64,000 nucleotides of DNA from a virus. Its lineage: Duplodnaviria > Heunggongvirae > Uroviricota > Caudoviricetes. The stretch's first letter is position 1; the number at the start of each line of letters is the position of its first letter. The stretch spans positions 2,124 through 66,123 of IMG/VR virus record IMGVR_UViG_3300010218_000003, one strand, 5' to 3'. Below the pieces are notes generated by a model. The model saw nothing but the letters and a program-made list of their open reading frames with translations, searched no databases and was not told the origin of the DNA. Both the position numbers and the translations under genes were made by a program. Of the stretch, positions 18,671 through 27,806 are shown in pieces.

Positions 18671-18944
18671 ATGCGGCCATATTGCCGATTAGGGTTTCTG
18701 TAGGATTGTTGTAGTGATTATACTTACGCCGGGCCGTTTCGATATCAGCAGCAAAACTCATGGCTCGATATCCATTGGCAGCGTTTGGAATTTCTTCCTT
18801 AGTCTCCTGAATCATTCGGAGACTTCTCTGTGCACGTTCAAGATCTTCTGTCATCATCAGGTACAGCCGGGCACGCTTCTTACAAAGGTGCCCGGCCAAT
18901 GACCTACGACGAGGATCTTTACGCCACTCCTCGTTAGCCTGCAT
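18651..18944 (-). CDS. hypothetical protein
   Basis: 97 aa. Confidence 0.45.
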   Translation of the reverse strand: MQANEEWRKDPRRRSLAGHLCKKRARLYLMMTEDLERAQRSLRMIQETKEEIPNAANGYRAMSFAADIETARRKYNHYNNPTETLIGNMAAFGEGAE

Positions 18945-20028
18945 TGGTAGGGTGTACGTCCTCTCGCTTGGCCTCCGGCTTGATCTGCTTCCAGATTAGC
19001 TCACTGATGCTGTCCCCGTCAAGCAGGTTGAACATGTGGCTTCTGTACAGATCGATTCGGTTTGCAGCCATAGCGAAGTCACGACGACCCTCACGAGTAG
19101 CAGGATCGAAGCCCTCGGGCATTGAAGAAAGAAGGTTGTGGAAGATCCCACGCACCTCAATCTCAATTCGCTCGTACTCCTCCAGAAGCTTCCCACCAAC
19201 ATCCTTCACAAAACTATGGAACTCGTCAGGCAGAGCCTCACAAATCTCCAAGATTGTGTAACCTTCGGTGAGCTGCTTCCATACAGAGCGCTCAGACAGC
19301 ATAGAGATCATGCGGTGCAGCTCGACGTAATCTGCCTGCTTGATCTTAACCATCTTGTTGCCAGATCGAACTACGAAACCCTCTGCGTTCTTACGGTACT
19401 GCGCGTGTGCAGCCTCACGCAATGACTTGTAATTGAAAACCTCCGTCACCGGCCCGTCCCAATTAACAATTGCCTGAGACTCCAGAGGGCCACAGACGTA
19501 CCCATGCTCCTTGTGAACTGCACCCAAGAGAATAAGGTCATCCATTGAACCGTAGTCCAGAACGATCCTGTTCTCAGGGTAAACAATCTCAAAGATGAAT
19601 GTGTAGTCTGAGACGAACTGAATGTGGCTGTAACGCTCGTTAAGAACACGAGTTGCGTGAATCGCCTGATCTGACATGAATGAACCGCGAGTCGCAATCG
19701 CCAACTGACCACCGTAGGAGTACAGGACTCCCATTGATCCATCCTTCTTGTCCGTAACCTCAACCGGAGCATCCCAGTCAAGCTGTGCAGACTGAGAGTC
19801 ACCCAAATTGAAGAACTTCATGAAAGGACGAGCAATCAGGTTGCCATCAAAGTCAACGATTGTACCGCGACAGTTAAGAGTGCACTCGTTCCACTTTCCA
19901 GCGAACTGAGTCTTCTCTGAGTAGTTAAGAATCTTTAGGGGCAGGACCGGATGAGTTTGCGCCCGGACATAGCCCTCTGAGATCATCTCGTCAAGAAGCT
20001 CCTGTGAGAAGATCTTGGTGAACTGCAT
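18934..20028 (-). CDS. RNA ligase, T4 Rnl1-like (tRNA repair)
   Basis: CRGTIVDFDG...ARPFMKFFNL and KKDGS motif I match T4 gp63/Rnl1 N-terminal region. Confidence 0.85.
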   Translation of the reverse strand: MQFTKIFSQELLDEMISEGYVRAQTHPVLPLKILNYSEKTQFAGKWNECTLNCRGTIVDFDGNLIARPFMKFFNLGDSQSAQLDWDAPVEVTDKKDGSMGVLYSYGGQLAIATRGSFMSDQAIHATRVLNERYSHIQFVSDYTFIFEIVYPENRIVLDYGSMDDLILLGAVHKEHGYVCGPLESQAIVNWDGPVTEVFNYKSLREAAHAQYRKNAEGFVVRSGNKMVKIKQADYVELHRMISMLSERSVWKQLTEGYTILEICEALPDEFHSFVKDVGGKLLEEYERIEIEVRGIFHNLLSSMPEGFDPATREGRRDFAMAANRIDLYRSHMFNLLDGDSISELIWKQIKPEAKREDVHPTNAG

Positions 20029-20040
20029 CGGTCCTCCAAA

Positions 20041-20256
20041 TTACATGTTGTTAATTGCGTTGGTCGCTTCCTTAATTGAAAGGAAGTCATGAGAGCTGAT
20101 CTGAATCTTACCATCAGTCTCTCTGATCAGTCGAGAATACCCATATGCATCTCGCCAGATCTCAATGTCATTGATGGTGTTTACCCGAACTGCTTTCTTC
20201 TTCTTGAAGTATTCCACAGCTTCGGGAGCTGCGTCAAGCCAGTACCACATCATCAC
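20041..20256 (-). CDS. hypothetical protein
   Basis: 71 aa. Confidence 0.45.
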   Translation of the reverse strand: MMMWYWLDAAPEAVEYFKKKKAVRVNTINDIEIWRDAYGYSRLIRETDGKIQISSHDFLSIKEATNAINNM

Positions 20257-20513
20257 AATCCCAATCGATTAGCAAGGCGCTGACTCTTCATCCCGCCTCG
20301 CGGACCATTGATCCATACAGAAGCAAAATCGGCCGGAACAAGAGTTCTGCCGATGCGCTTCTCAACGTGCTCAATACAGAGCATACCCTTGTGCCCAAGT
20401 CCTGTCAAGGACCAGACCTCGTTGATCAGAAAGAAGTGTTCGCCAATCTTGCCAGTGTCAATACCACAGTCAAGACAGAGCCACTTGCTTCGGCTGTTCT
20501 TGTTACCGGCCAA
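20253..20513 (-). CDS. zinc-binding protein
   Basis: 86 aa; CLDC...C.EH. Confidence 0.45.
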   Translation of the reverse strand: MAGNKNSRSKWLCLDCGIDTGKIGEHFFLINEVWSLTGLGHKGMLCIEHVEKRIGRTLVPADFASVWINGPRGGMKSQRLANRLGL

Positions 20514-20515
20514 TT

Positions 20516-20701
20516 TTATCCACTCACCTTGATGACAAAGATCTTCAATGGAAGATCAGGATTGTCGGCCTTTGCTCGTTCCAGATATGGAACCAGAGTC
20601 TTATGATCAGGCCAGAATGGTTGGTTAGTGTACTTGCCTGTGTAGCAGTTTTTGATAGCTTCTGCTTGGTCACAGGCAATCGCGTACATCTTGAGTTGCA
20701 T
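20516..20701 (-). CDS. hypothetical protein
   Basis: 61 aa. Confidence 0.4.
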   Translation of the reverse strand: MQLKMYAIACDQAEAIKNCYTGKYTNQPFWPDHKTLVPYLERAKADNPDLPLKIFVIKVSG

Positions 20702-20997
20702 CAGTTACCCCAGTTGTAGTCGTCCTCCCACTTTCGCTCAACGAAGTCGAAGTCGTCTCGAACAATGGGGAAGTAGAATTCCTTGCTGCACTTGAGACAC
20801 TTGTAACCGTGACGCCAGGTGTACTTGTTGTACAGAGCGAGAGTGTGCTTACGACCCTCCTTGCCCTTGCACCACTTACGAGTGTTCTTCTTCTTAGCCT
20901 TGCCAACCTTGTCACGCTCGACAAAGTTACGAGCGCTGCGACGAGTCGCCTTGCTCATGTTCCACTTGTCGGTGCCGCGTTCCTTGATGGTAGCCAT
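20701..20997 (-). CDS. hypothetical basic protein
   Basis: 98 aa. Confidence 0.45.
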   Translation of the reverse strand: MATIKERGTDKWNMSKATRRSARNFVERDKVGKAKKKNTRKWCKGKEGRKHTLALYNKYTWRHGYKCLKCSKEFYFPIVRDDFDFVERKWEDDYNWGN

Positions 20998-21048
20998 ACA
21001 TCACATCCTAGTTGTAGTGTAGCAGCTTGTCAAGCTACTTAACCAGGG

Positions 21049-21258
21049 TCATACTTCTGACAACTCAATGTCGATTTCAACTCCGTAGATGATATATGCA
21101 CCCTTGAACATGATGTTGTACTCTTCTGCACTTTCAAGGGTTTCCCACAGCTTAGCCTCAAACGGGTCACCAGTCAAGTACGGGTAGCCACCGGAAGCCT
21201 TGTCAAGAGCAACGAACTTGCCCTGATCCCTGTCCTGGAGAATAAATCCGTGCTTCAT
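21049..21258 (-). CDS. hypothetical protein
   Basis: 69 aa. Confidence 0.45.
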   Translation of the reverse strand: MKHGFILQDRDQGKFVALDKASGGYPYLTGDPFEAKLWETLESAEEYNIMFKGAYIIYGVEIDIELSEV

Positions 21259-21268
21259 TTTGTGCCTC

Positions 21269-21613
21269 TCATTTGAAGTTCTTGCCGGACCAAGGAAGCT
21301 TCAACCCATCTCCTCGACGCCGGGGCACTACGTGCATGTGCAGATGAAAGACGCTTTGAGTAGCAATCTTCCCAGCGGAGGTAATGAGGTTTGATTCCTC
21401 GTTGATGGTACTAGCATAGTATGAAGCGGCTGCTGCTGTCAAGCCAGTTACAGTTGGATCTTCACGGTAGTCCATCACATGCACCTTTGGGACAATTAGA
21501 GTATGTCCAGGCGTCACCGGCTCCAGAGGCTTAAAAGCAATTACGTGTTCCCACTCCTGAACCATTTGGACAGGTGCTTCGCCTCGTACGATCTTGCAGA
21601 AAATGCAATCCAT
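21269..21613 (-). CDS. HIT (histidine triad) family protein
   Basis: HLHMHVVP histidine-triad motif. Confidence 0.8.
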   Translation of the reverse strand: MDCIFCKIVRGEAPVQMVQEWEHVIAFKPLEPVTPGHTLIVPKVHVMDYREDPTVTGLTAAAASYYASTINEESNLITSAGKIATQSVFHLHMHVVPRRRGDGLKLPWSGKNFK

Positions 21614-21630
21614 TGTGATCCTTAATTGGG

Positions 21631-21680
21631 TGCCAGGGGCAGGAATCGAACCTGCAACCTTTCTTCTCTGTCATCCTAGC
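21631..21680 (-). ncRNA. minimal tRNA-like element / tRNA fragment (T-arm + acceptor only)
   Basis: GCAGG-TTCGATT-CCTGC T-arm, CCCTGGC-A 3' end; no D/anticodon arms. Confidence 0.3.
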
Positions 21681-21810
21681 AGCGCTACTAAGAGGTGTCA
21701 AGACATCGTGCACAATGAGATGACACTATAGAGGAGACTGTTATTACCAAATAACTTCCCCGGCATGCGACAGCCAGCTTAACATTACATCAAGCTGGCT
21801 GTCAAGGTGT

Positions 21811-22251
21811 TTAGCCTTCTACTACTGGACCAGATGGCTCATCTGGTGTTGGCTCGCTTGGCTGCTCTGGCTGCGCGATAGAGTTTAGACGTGCAGTTTC
21901 TGCACTGATCTCATCGGCTGCACTTGATGCATTAGCTAGAGCGGCATCTGTGGCCGCCTGAGCGTCCGCTAGAGCCTGGTTCTGAGCAACGTCCTCAGCA
22001 TCTTCTGCTGCTGCAAGGTCTGCTGCTGCCTGACGCTCTGTTGCTAGGGCATCCTGTGCCTCTCTAACGGCATCCGTAAGTGGTCCAACAAGTGCGTCGA
22101 CACGTGCACTGACACCGCTTACTGCCTCACGGAGGTTTGCAACCTCTGCTGTTAGGTCTGCCATTTGTTCCTCCAATCCCTGCTGGCCTACTCGGATTTC
22201 CGTCAGAAGGTCAGAGAGATATTGGTAGCCCAAATGTTCTACAAAATCCAT
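21811..22251 (-). CDS. Ala-rich coiled-coil protein
   Basis: 146 aa. Confidence 0.5.
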   Translation of the reverse strand: MDFVEHLGYQYLSDLLTEIRVGQQGLEEQMADLTAEVANLREAVSGVSARVDALVGPLTDAVREAQDALATERQAAADLAAAEDAEDVAQNQALADAQAATDAALANASSAADEISAETARLNSIAQPEQPSEPTPDEPSGPVVEG

Positions 22252-22328
22252 ATTTCAATCCTCCTGCCTCTGATGAATTAGGCAGTATCAGTATATCAGG
22301 AGGATTGTTATGAAGTCTAATTGACTTG

Positions 22329-22398
22329 CTGTCACAGTTGGATTCGAACCAACAACATCCTTGGCCTAGGATTGCTTTGCCAATTAAGCTACGTGACA
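22329..22398 (-). tRNA. tRNA-like with non-standard 6-nt anticodon loop (AGGCCA)
   Basis: acceptor TGTCACG/TGTGACA, D-arm GCTT/AAGC, perfect ATCCT/AGGAT stem, T-arm GTTGG-TTCGAAT-CCAAC. Confidence 0.5.
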
Positions 22399-22407
22399 TA
22401 GGGCCTT

Positions 22408-22653
22408 TCAGCCCGTTACGATTTCAAGGTAGAGTCTATTGAACATCTGCTTGAATTGGTTATCACTACATGTACCGTCTAGACCGTCAATTGCTTCCAT
22501 CACCGCCGCGCGTTTTGTGTCCTCTAGAACGAGCCTAGCAACACCGTGACGAAGGCGGAAATAGAATGGCTCCCCGTTGTACAGGAAGCCATCTACAATT
22601 ACCGGACAGGCGTAGCAGGAGTAATCCCAACTCTTGACAACCCTGTCAAACAT
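22408..22653 (-). CDS. hypothetical protein
   Basis: 81 aa. Confidence 0.45.
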   Translation of the reverse strand: MFDRVVKSWDYSCYACPVIVDGFLYNGEPFYFRLRHGVARLVLEDTKRAAVMEAIDGLDGTCSDNQFKQMFNRLYLEIVTG

Positions 22654-22659
22654 CTTACC

Positions 22660-22878
22660 TCACTTAGAGAAGCGCTCCTTAGCGAACGTCTCGAAGTCCT
22701 TCTTGGTGCCAGTGAAGTCCTCGAAGTTACGCTTTGAGCCGTGGACTCGGTAGTTGGTCTTACGACCGACCTTGCTGGTCTCAACGAGACCCTTCCAAAC
22801 ACCAGCGACGTAAAGGTTGAAGAAGTTGTCACGGTCGGTGGAACGAAGCTCAAGAGCCTTGACACGCTTAGCCATTTT
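22660..22878 (-). CDS. hypothetical basic protein (start at MAKRVK)
   Basis: trimmed to avoid overlap. Confidence 0.4.
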   Translation of the reverse strand, partial: KMAKRVKALELRSTDRDNFFNLYVAGVWKGLVETSKVGRKTNYRVHGSKRNFEDFTGTKKDFETFAKERFSK

Positions 22879-22885
22879 GGGCCTT

Positions 22886-23290
22886 TCAGTAAAGTGAATG
22901 AGAAGCACGGACAGTAATCTTGTCTTCGTGCTTGCGGAAGAATGCACGACTCTTTGGGTCATGCGGCATAACTACAGGGCTTGGAGCAAACTTCCTGACG
23001 TGGAAGATCAGACGGCTTCCATAGCCCATGTTCCTGAACTTCACCCTAGTGTAATACTGAGTGATGAAGTTGTCACCAGAGTTGTTTGGATATGCGAGAC
23101 ACCAAGCAATAAGCATCTCTGTCTCAGCGTCTTTGATCATTACCACTCGGGCCTGCTTTGGAAAAGCCTTCTTTGCCCAGGGAAGATCATACATCATACA
23201 GCCATCGTAGCGGAAGTTCAGAGACTTACACTGACTGTACTCTTTTTGTGTGAGATTACGCACCAGCTTGGTAACTGTTTTGGTACGCAT
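22886..23290 (-). CDS. possible GNAT acetyltransferase
   Basis: 134 aa; GYGSRL-like motif. Confidence 0.4.
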   Translation of the reverse strand: MRTKTVTKLVRNLTQKEYSQCKSLNFRYDGCMMYDLPWAKKAFPKQARVVMIKDAETEMLIAWCLAYPNNSGDNFITQYYTRVKFRNMGYGSRLIFHVRKFAPSPVVMPHDPKSRAFFRKHEDKITVRASHSLY

Positions 23291-23341
23291 GTTAGTCCTT
23301 ACGTTGCTCGATCTTGCGGATGGTGTCCATCCACTTCTTCA

Positions 23342-23566
23342 TCAGGCTATCATAGTCCAGAGCCATGTGGCAAGCTCCCAGAGTCCATAAGCTGCACCGC
23401 CAAAAGCGGCAATTACAATCAGAAGCGGAAGAAATACACATCCGCCAACTACAATTCCCTTGGCAAGCGGACCTTCGTCACCGTAGCCGTTCTCAAAAGC
23501 TGAACCAACTCGGTATCCTAGGGACACGTCCTTGCGCGTTGCGGGAAGTCTCATCCAGTTCGGCAT
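23342..23566 (-). CDS. small membrane protein
   Basis: 74 aa. Confidence 0.45.
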   Translation of the reverse strand: MPNWMRLPATRKDVSLGYRVGSAFENGYGDEGPLAKGIVVGGCVFLPLLIVIAAFGGAAYGLWELATWLWTMIA

Positions 23567-23575
23567 GTTTACATC

Positions 23576-23890
23576 CTAGTACCAGTTGGGAGCGTTGTCA
23601 ACAACCATTTGCTCAAGCCAGTCGGGTAGATCAGGGCGAAGATAACTGTGAATAGAAACAGACTCTCGCTGCTTCATTCCAGCCTTCATTCTGTAACCTG
23701 ACACACTTACAGTGTAGTGAGGTCCAGGGTTCTTGTCAAGACCAACTGCAACGATTCCATAGGTGTAGCTGATCTGGACCCTAGTAACCTTGAGAGTCAC
23801 AGGACCAGTCTTCATACGCTTCTGGATCGTTCGAGCGTCTTGCTCTGTCAGTTGGAAGTCTACCATAGTAGACCGCGCTGTCAACCTCAT
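23576..23890 (-). CDS. hypothetical protein (start trimmed)
   Basis: ORF 23576..23965 trimmed to MRLTARS. Confidence 0.4.
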   Translation of the reverse strand: MRLTARSTMVDFQLTEQDARTIQKRMKTGPVTLKVTRVQISYTYGIVAVGLDKNPGPHYTVSVSGYRMKAGMKQRESVSIHSYLRPDLPDWLEQMVVDNAPNWY

Positions 23891-23903
23891 GTTGATCCTT
23901 AAG

Positions 23904-23945
23904 TGGAGATGGCGGGAGTCGAACCCGCGTCCTGATGCTTCAAAC
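23904..23945 (-). ncRNA. tRNA 3'-fragment-like element (T-arm + acceptor 3' strand)
   Basis: GCGGG-TTCGACT-CCCGC then CATCTCC-A; no 5' partner found. Confidence 0.25.
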
Positions 23946-24201
23946 AGTAGTCTATACACAGCCATGTGTCAAGCAGGTAAAGCATGTGTTTATCCCCACC
24001 GGGCCAAACATTCGCAACTTTCTGTTCCTAGGCAGTTGCCGCCCGGCCATCACGCCGCTAGGGCGTAGGCAGATGCAACGTTAGAGTTGGCATTTATAGG
24101 TTTGAGGCTTTTTAAAGACATCTCCTCAATGTCTGGCTGCAAACTAAAGTCATCCACCCCAGTCGAAACCAAGGCATCCCCTAGGCCCCGAAGGGCTGTT
24201 C

Positions 24202-24402
24202 TTACTTTCCGTGCTCTGTCTTGACGTGAGTATTCATTAGACCATGAACACGGACGTGCTCTTTGTCCCACTGCTTCTCTGTGTAGCACCTCTTGCTGAC
24301 AATCATATGTCCGCAAACTCGGCAGTGCACTGAGAAGTCACCAGGCCACTTCTCAATAGCCTTCTCAAAAGCCCTGTCTATGAGACCCATATCACTTCCC
24401 AT
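24202..24402 (-). CDS. zinc-finger protein
   Basis: 66 aa; C..C...H..H. Confidence 0.45.
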   Translation of the reverse strand: MGSDMGLIDRAFEKAIEKWPGDFSVHCRVCGHMIVSKRCYTEKQWDKEHVRVHGLMNTHVKTEHGK

Positions 24403-24787
24403 ACTTCGTTAGGAAGTTCTGAAATGATGTTACTACAAGAGGCTCCGGTGTGTCAAGACTTCCATCGTACTCAGGATACAGACTCATAGTCTGATCATGG
24501 AGGTCTGCTACCCAAAGCTTATGCTCATTGTCACCAATGAAGTTGAAGGTTAGTCCTCCACCTAGCTCTGATTCAGCCTCCATACCACCGGCTTCCATGA
24601 GACTCTGGACAAAGATTCTCTGTCCATATGCATTATCATCCCATCGCCCCTTGGCGTTGTCAAGAGACTTTGCGATTGATGCAGTGATACCAGGGAAACC
24701 CCAATGTGAGTAAACCCACAGAATCCCAAGCTTCTCATTGTCATGATAGTCACGCATCATCACGCCAACATTGGTACGATCGCCCAT
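24392..24787 (-). CDS. hypothetical protein
   Basis: 131 aa. Confidence 0.5.
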   Translation of the reverse strand: MGDRTNVGVMMRDYHDNEKLGILWVYSHWGFPGITASIAKSLDNAKGRWDDNAYGQRIFVQSLMEAGGMEAESELGGGLTFNFIGDNEHKLWVADLHDQTMSLYPEYDGSLDTPEPLVVTSFQNFLTKYGK

Positions 24788-24790
24788 TGT

Positions 24791-25348
24791 TTACCTTTCG
24801 CCGTAAGCGTCTAGATAGTTATATGCTACTTGATTCCACAGTGCATCCGCAAGGGCATTGTGCTCACTGCCTTCTTGCTCAGGCAGTGGAGGTCTTCCCT
24901 CGTTATGCCAACGCTGCTTGATGTCCATCGTATACATTGGCATGCCATCTGGCAAGTCAATCATGCGGCCAAAGAGTTGGCTCACAACTACGTGGTCATA
25001 GGCTCCATAGTATGCCCACAGCTCTGGCTTGTCAAACTCATGTGCCTCGTCGTAGTCCAGCACAAAATCTCTCCACAATCCAGCAATCGCTTCGTTGGGC
25101 AGAACCCTAGCGTAGTCAGGATGCTGAGTGTCCCAGGAGAGGCTTCCAGTGCCGTTCTGCTTAACTGGCAAATGACTGATGACGTTCTCCCTCAGCCACT
25201 TATTTTCATTTGCTCTATTGAGCACGTATAGGTTGTTGGTGATCAAGTACAGCCGTTCACCATCTTCTCTCACTGCGCCTAGACTGATGAACCTAACAGG
25301 CTCCTCCGGTCCAGTCTCATAGAACTCAGTGTCGTAAAAGATCTTCAA
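24791..25348 (-). CDS. DEDDh 3'-5' exonuclease (DnaQ/RNase T-like)
   Basis: Exo I YDTEF and Exo III HNALADA motifs. Confidence 0.7.
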   Translation of the reverse strand: MKIFYDTEFYETGPEEPVRFISLGAVREDGERLYLITNNLYVLNRANENKWLRENVISHLPVKQNGTGSLSWDTQHPDYARVLPNEAIAGLWRDFVLDYDEAHEFDKPELWAYYGAYDHVVVSQLFGRMIDLPDGMPMYTMDIKQRWHNEGRPPLPEQEGSEHNALADALWNQVAYNYLDAYGER

Positions 25349-25495
25349 TCTTGTTCCTCATCTTTCCAGACTCCACACCTACGGCATTGATCACCATAGT
25401 AGAAGTCATGTTGTTTATATTCTCTTCCGTGGAAGATGCAAGGAGTCTTTGTTGTCTTTCCTCCCTCTGTCTCCCACCGCTCTATTTCACACATG

Positions 25496-25885
25496 TTAAA
25501 TCACCTTCGCCACGCTGCGATTGTGAGTCCTAAATGCATGACAGTTAGCACAGACAACCTCACACTTGGCGATCTCCTTTTCTAGATCTGCCCACGCGCC
25601 ACCCTTGGCGCGATGTGCGATATTGAATTCCTTGTCTCCAAGGTGGTCAAAGTGCATCACGTAATACGGATACTGAATGCCACAATCAGCACAAGGCTTT
25701 TCCTTCGCCGCCCGAACTCTGTCTCTGATTTGCTCGCTATGCTTGCGAGCCTTGTCCTTGTAATACTGCTTGTTCTTCTGGTAATGCTCTCTCGTATATG
25801 CATTGTGGCACGGCTTGCATCGAGAACTTCTCTTTGGAAATGATTCAATCGCAAGCTCATTCTTGCATTCGCTACATGTCTTCAT
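25496..25885 (-). CDS. HNH endonuclease
   Basis: HFDH...N...CANCH motif. Confidence 0.8.
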   Translation of the reverse strand: MKTCSECKNELAIESFPKRSSRCKPCHNAYTREHYQKNKQYYKDKARKHSEQIRDRVRAAKEKPCADCGIQYPYYVMHFDHLGDKEFNIAHRAKGGAWADLEKEIAKCEVVCANCHAFRTHNRSVAKVI

Positions 25886-25938
25886 AACATAATAATATCC
25901 CCTACGAAGTTATTTTACAACTTCGTAGGGGATTACTG

Positions 25939-26011
25939 TCTCTCTACCCAGACTCGAACTGAGAATTCTACTTTCGTAGAGTAGCGGTTTATCCAATTAG
26001 CCTATAGAGAG
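25939..26011 (-). tRNA. tRNA-Arg (anticodon ACG)
   Basis: acceptor CTCTCTA/TAGAGAG, stem CTACT/AGTAG, loop CTACGAA. Confidence 0.8.
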
Positions 26012-26140
26012 ATAGAAGGCTTACACCTTCTTCTTGCGTGAGTTCCACCAAGCCAAAGCAAGTGGTAGGTATGGCTTAGCCTTTAGATATAGGGCCTTTA
26101 GCCGAAGCTTGAGCGTCTTCATCTAAACACATCCTTTCAG

Positions 26141-26212
26141 ATCCCCCAGTCAGAATCGAACTGACGATAGTATCTTACCAAGATACCGTGTTACCACTAG
26201 CACTATGGGGGC
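26141..26212 (-). tRNA. tRNA-Thr (anticodon GGT)
   Basis: loop TTGGTAA, D-arm GTGC/CAC, T-arm GTCAG-TTCGATT-CTGAC. Confidence 0.8.
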
Positions 26213-26304
26213 ATAAAGGCCGTTCACCTGCAACTGGCTACTAGACCGTCCTGATTCACCAGCGGTTGGTTCGGTTGCATTCTCCCCAACATGATTCCTC
26301 ATTG

Positions 26305-26379
26305 AGCCGGATATCGGTTTCGAACCGATCACCTGCTGTTTACAAGACAGCCGCTCTACACCAAATGAGCTAATCCGGC
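26305..26379 (-). tRNA. tRNA-Thr (anticodon TGT)
   Basis: acceptor GCCGGAT/ATCCGGC, D GCTC/GAGC, loop CTTGTAA. Confidence 0.85.
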
Positions 26380-26476
26380 AGAGGCACTGGAGGGAATTGA
26401 ACCCTCTAAATCGAGTAGTTTTGCAGACTACCGGCAGGAGCCATCTGCAACAGCGCCATTAACTACATTACAGTAG

Positions 26477-26731
26477 TCAGTCTTCGTTGTCAAGTTGATT
26501 GACAAGGTTGAAGATAAGCTGACCAGTTTCTCCAGCATTGAGAACGCCAATGCCTCTGTTGTATTCACCAGTGGCACGAACTACAAAGTCATCAGTGATG
26601 ACAATAAGTTCTGCGAATCCATCGTGATAGTGAAGTTCAAAGGGCTGCTTCAAGGGATTGAAGCTGTCTCCGATATAACCAACTACTGTGAATGGACCGT
26701 TGCCCTCAATGTATTCAAAACCGATCTGCAT
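26477..26731 (-). CDS. hypothetical protein
   Basis: 84 aa. Confidence 0.45.
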   Translation of the reverse strand: MQIGFEYIEGNGPFTVVGYIGDSFNPLKQPFELHYHDGFAELIVITDDFVVRATGEYNRGIGVLNAGETGQLIFNLVNQLDNED

Positions 26732-26732
26732 C

Positions 26733-27065
26733 TTATGCTCCAGGAATGATATCTTTATTTTCAGGGCAGTAGGCTGCTATTGATGCGCCTACGTAGTAAG
26801 ATGTATCGCTAGCTGTGAACTTTAGCGCCGGGCGAGTTCTGCTTACTACAACAAGGAAATTGCGCTCCTCGTCGGCAGTATTGCAGACTTGCTTGGCATT
26901 ATCAACAAGCTTCTGATCAGACATATCTCTGGTGGCTGTGATCTCTTGCCTCACAGTCTGTACAAATGCTTTGTCTCTTGTAGAGAGTTCTGTCTTCTCG
27001 TGACTACATCCTACTACAGTCAGTAGCATTAGTGCAAGACTACTTGTTACCCTTCTTCTTCGCAT
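26733..27065 (-). CDS. lipoprotein
   Basis: signal peptide + lipobox VVGCS. Confidence 0.55.
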   Translation of the reverse strand: MRRRRVTSSLALMLLTVVGCSHEKTELSTRDKAFVQTVRQEITATRDMSDQKLVDNAKQVCNTADEERNFLVVVSRTRPALKFTASDTSYYVGASIAAYCPENKDIIPGA

Positions 27066-27417
27066 TCTTCTTGGCTTCCTTCTTGATGCTCTTTAGGGCA
27101 TCCTCGTATTTGTCATAAATAGCGAGGGTTCCTTCTGCCCATTCTGCTACAGCATCACGAAGTTCCTTGACCTTCTTGCGCCGGGCGTTTAGATCCTTCT
27201 GGCGCTCATTGATCTCGTCTAGAGCCGTGGTTCCGAAGTAAAGGTATCGAAGATCGAACTCTAGATAAGCCTTGTTTGAACAGTCTGAAATTGTGAACTG
27301 AGTGTTCACAACGATTTTGCGATCATCCTGAGTGAACTCAGTAGCAAACTTGTACCAACCGTCATCACGGCTGTCTACGGGATTGAGGAAACCCTGCTTG
27401 CCCCACTTGTCTTCCAT
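27040..27417 (-). CDS. hypothetical Lys-rich protein
   Basis: 125 aa. Confidence 0.5.
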   Translation of the reverse strand: MEDKWGKQGFLNPVDSRDDGWYKFATEFTQDDRKIVVNTQFTISDCSNKAYLEFDLRYLYFGTTALDEINERQKDLNARRKKVKELRDAVAEWAEGTLAIYDKYEDALKSIKKEAKKNAKKKGNK

Positions 27418-27447
27418 GATTTTCCAATGTTAGAGGGACGTGTAGAG

Positions 27448-27520
27448 GGTGACGTACGGGAGTCGAACCCGCCAAACCTTGGGTCACAACCAAGTGCCTT
27501 AACCGCTCGGCTTACGTCAC
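27448..27520 (-). tRNA. tRNA-His (anticodon GTG)
   Basis: acceptor GTGACGT/ACGTCAC, loop TTGTGAC. Confidence 0.85.
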
Positions 27521-27522
27521 AG

Positions 27523-27594
27523 TGCATGTAGGAGGATTCGAACCTCCGAGGTAGGGCTTTACAGGCCCGCCTAGCTTGTCCCTGGCTTACATGC
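27523..27594 (-). tRNA. tRNA-Tyr (anticodon GTA), short variable arm
   Basis: acceptor GCATGTA/TACATGC, loop CTGTAAA, T-arm GGAGG-TTCGAAT-CCTCC. Confidence 0.75.
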
Positions 27595-27614
27595 ATAGGC
27601 CCGAAGGCCGTTTA

Positions 27615-27806
27615 TCAAACATTCTCGAAAAGGCAAGCGTGCCACTTGCCCCTAATCTTGTGAGCCTTAAAGACGTAGTTCTTTCTCTTGAAAGCTGTAA
27701 GCTCTCTACCCTTCATATTGCTACGAAGTTTGACACAGATTGCCCAAGCGTGTTCTTCGTCTCTAGCCTCGCCAAGATCCTTGACGAAGCGCTGTGGCAT
27801 TGTCAC
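27615..27806 (-). CDS. hypothetical protein
   Basis: 63 aa. Confidence 0.45.
   Translation of the reverse strand: MTMPQRFVKDLGEARDEEHAWAICVKLRSNMKGRELTAFKRKNYVFKAHKIRGKWHACLFENV

Noticed and set aside
21631-23945. tRNA 3'-fragments as attP cores of an integrative element
   Set aside because: No integrase or excisionase gene is nearby, and several similar fragments are scattered. Decayed duplicates or processing signals are more likely.
24050-24316. 88-aa minus-strand ORF overlapping the 24202..24402 zinc-finger gene
   Set aside because: Largely overlaps a better gene. The intergenic part 23990-24200 carries hairpins (AGACAT-N8-ATGTCT, GCCC-CGAA-GGGC) and is more likely regulatory or terminator sequence.
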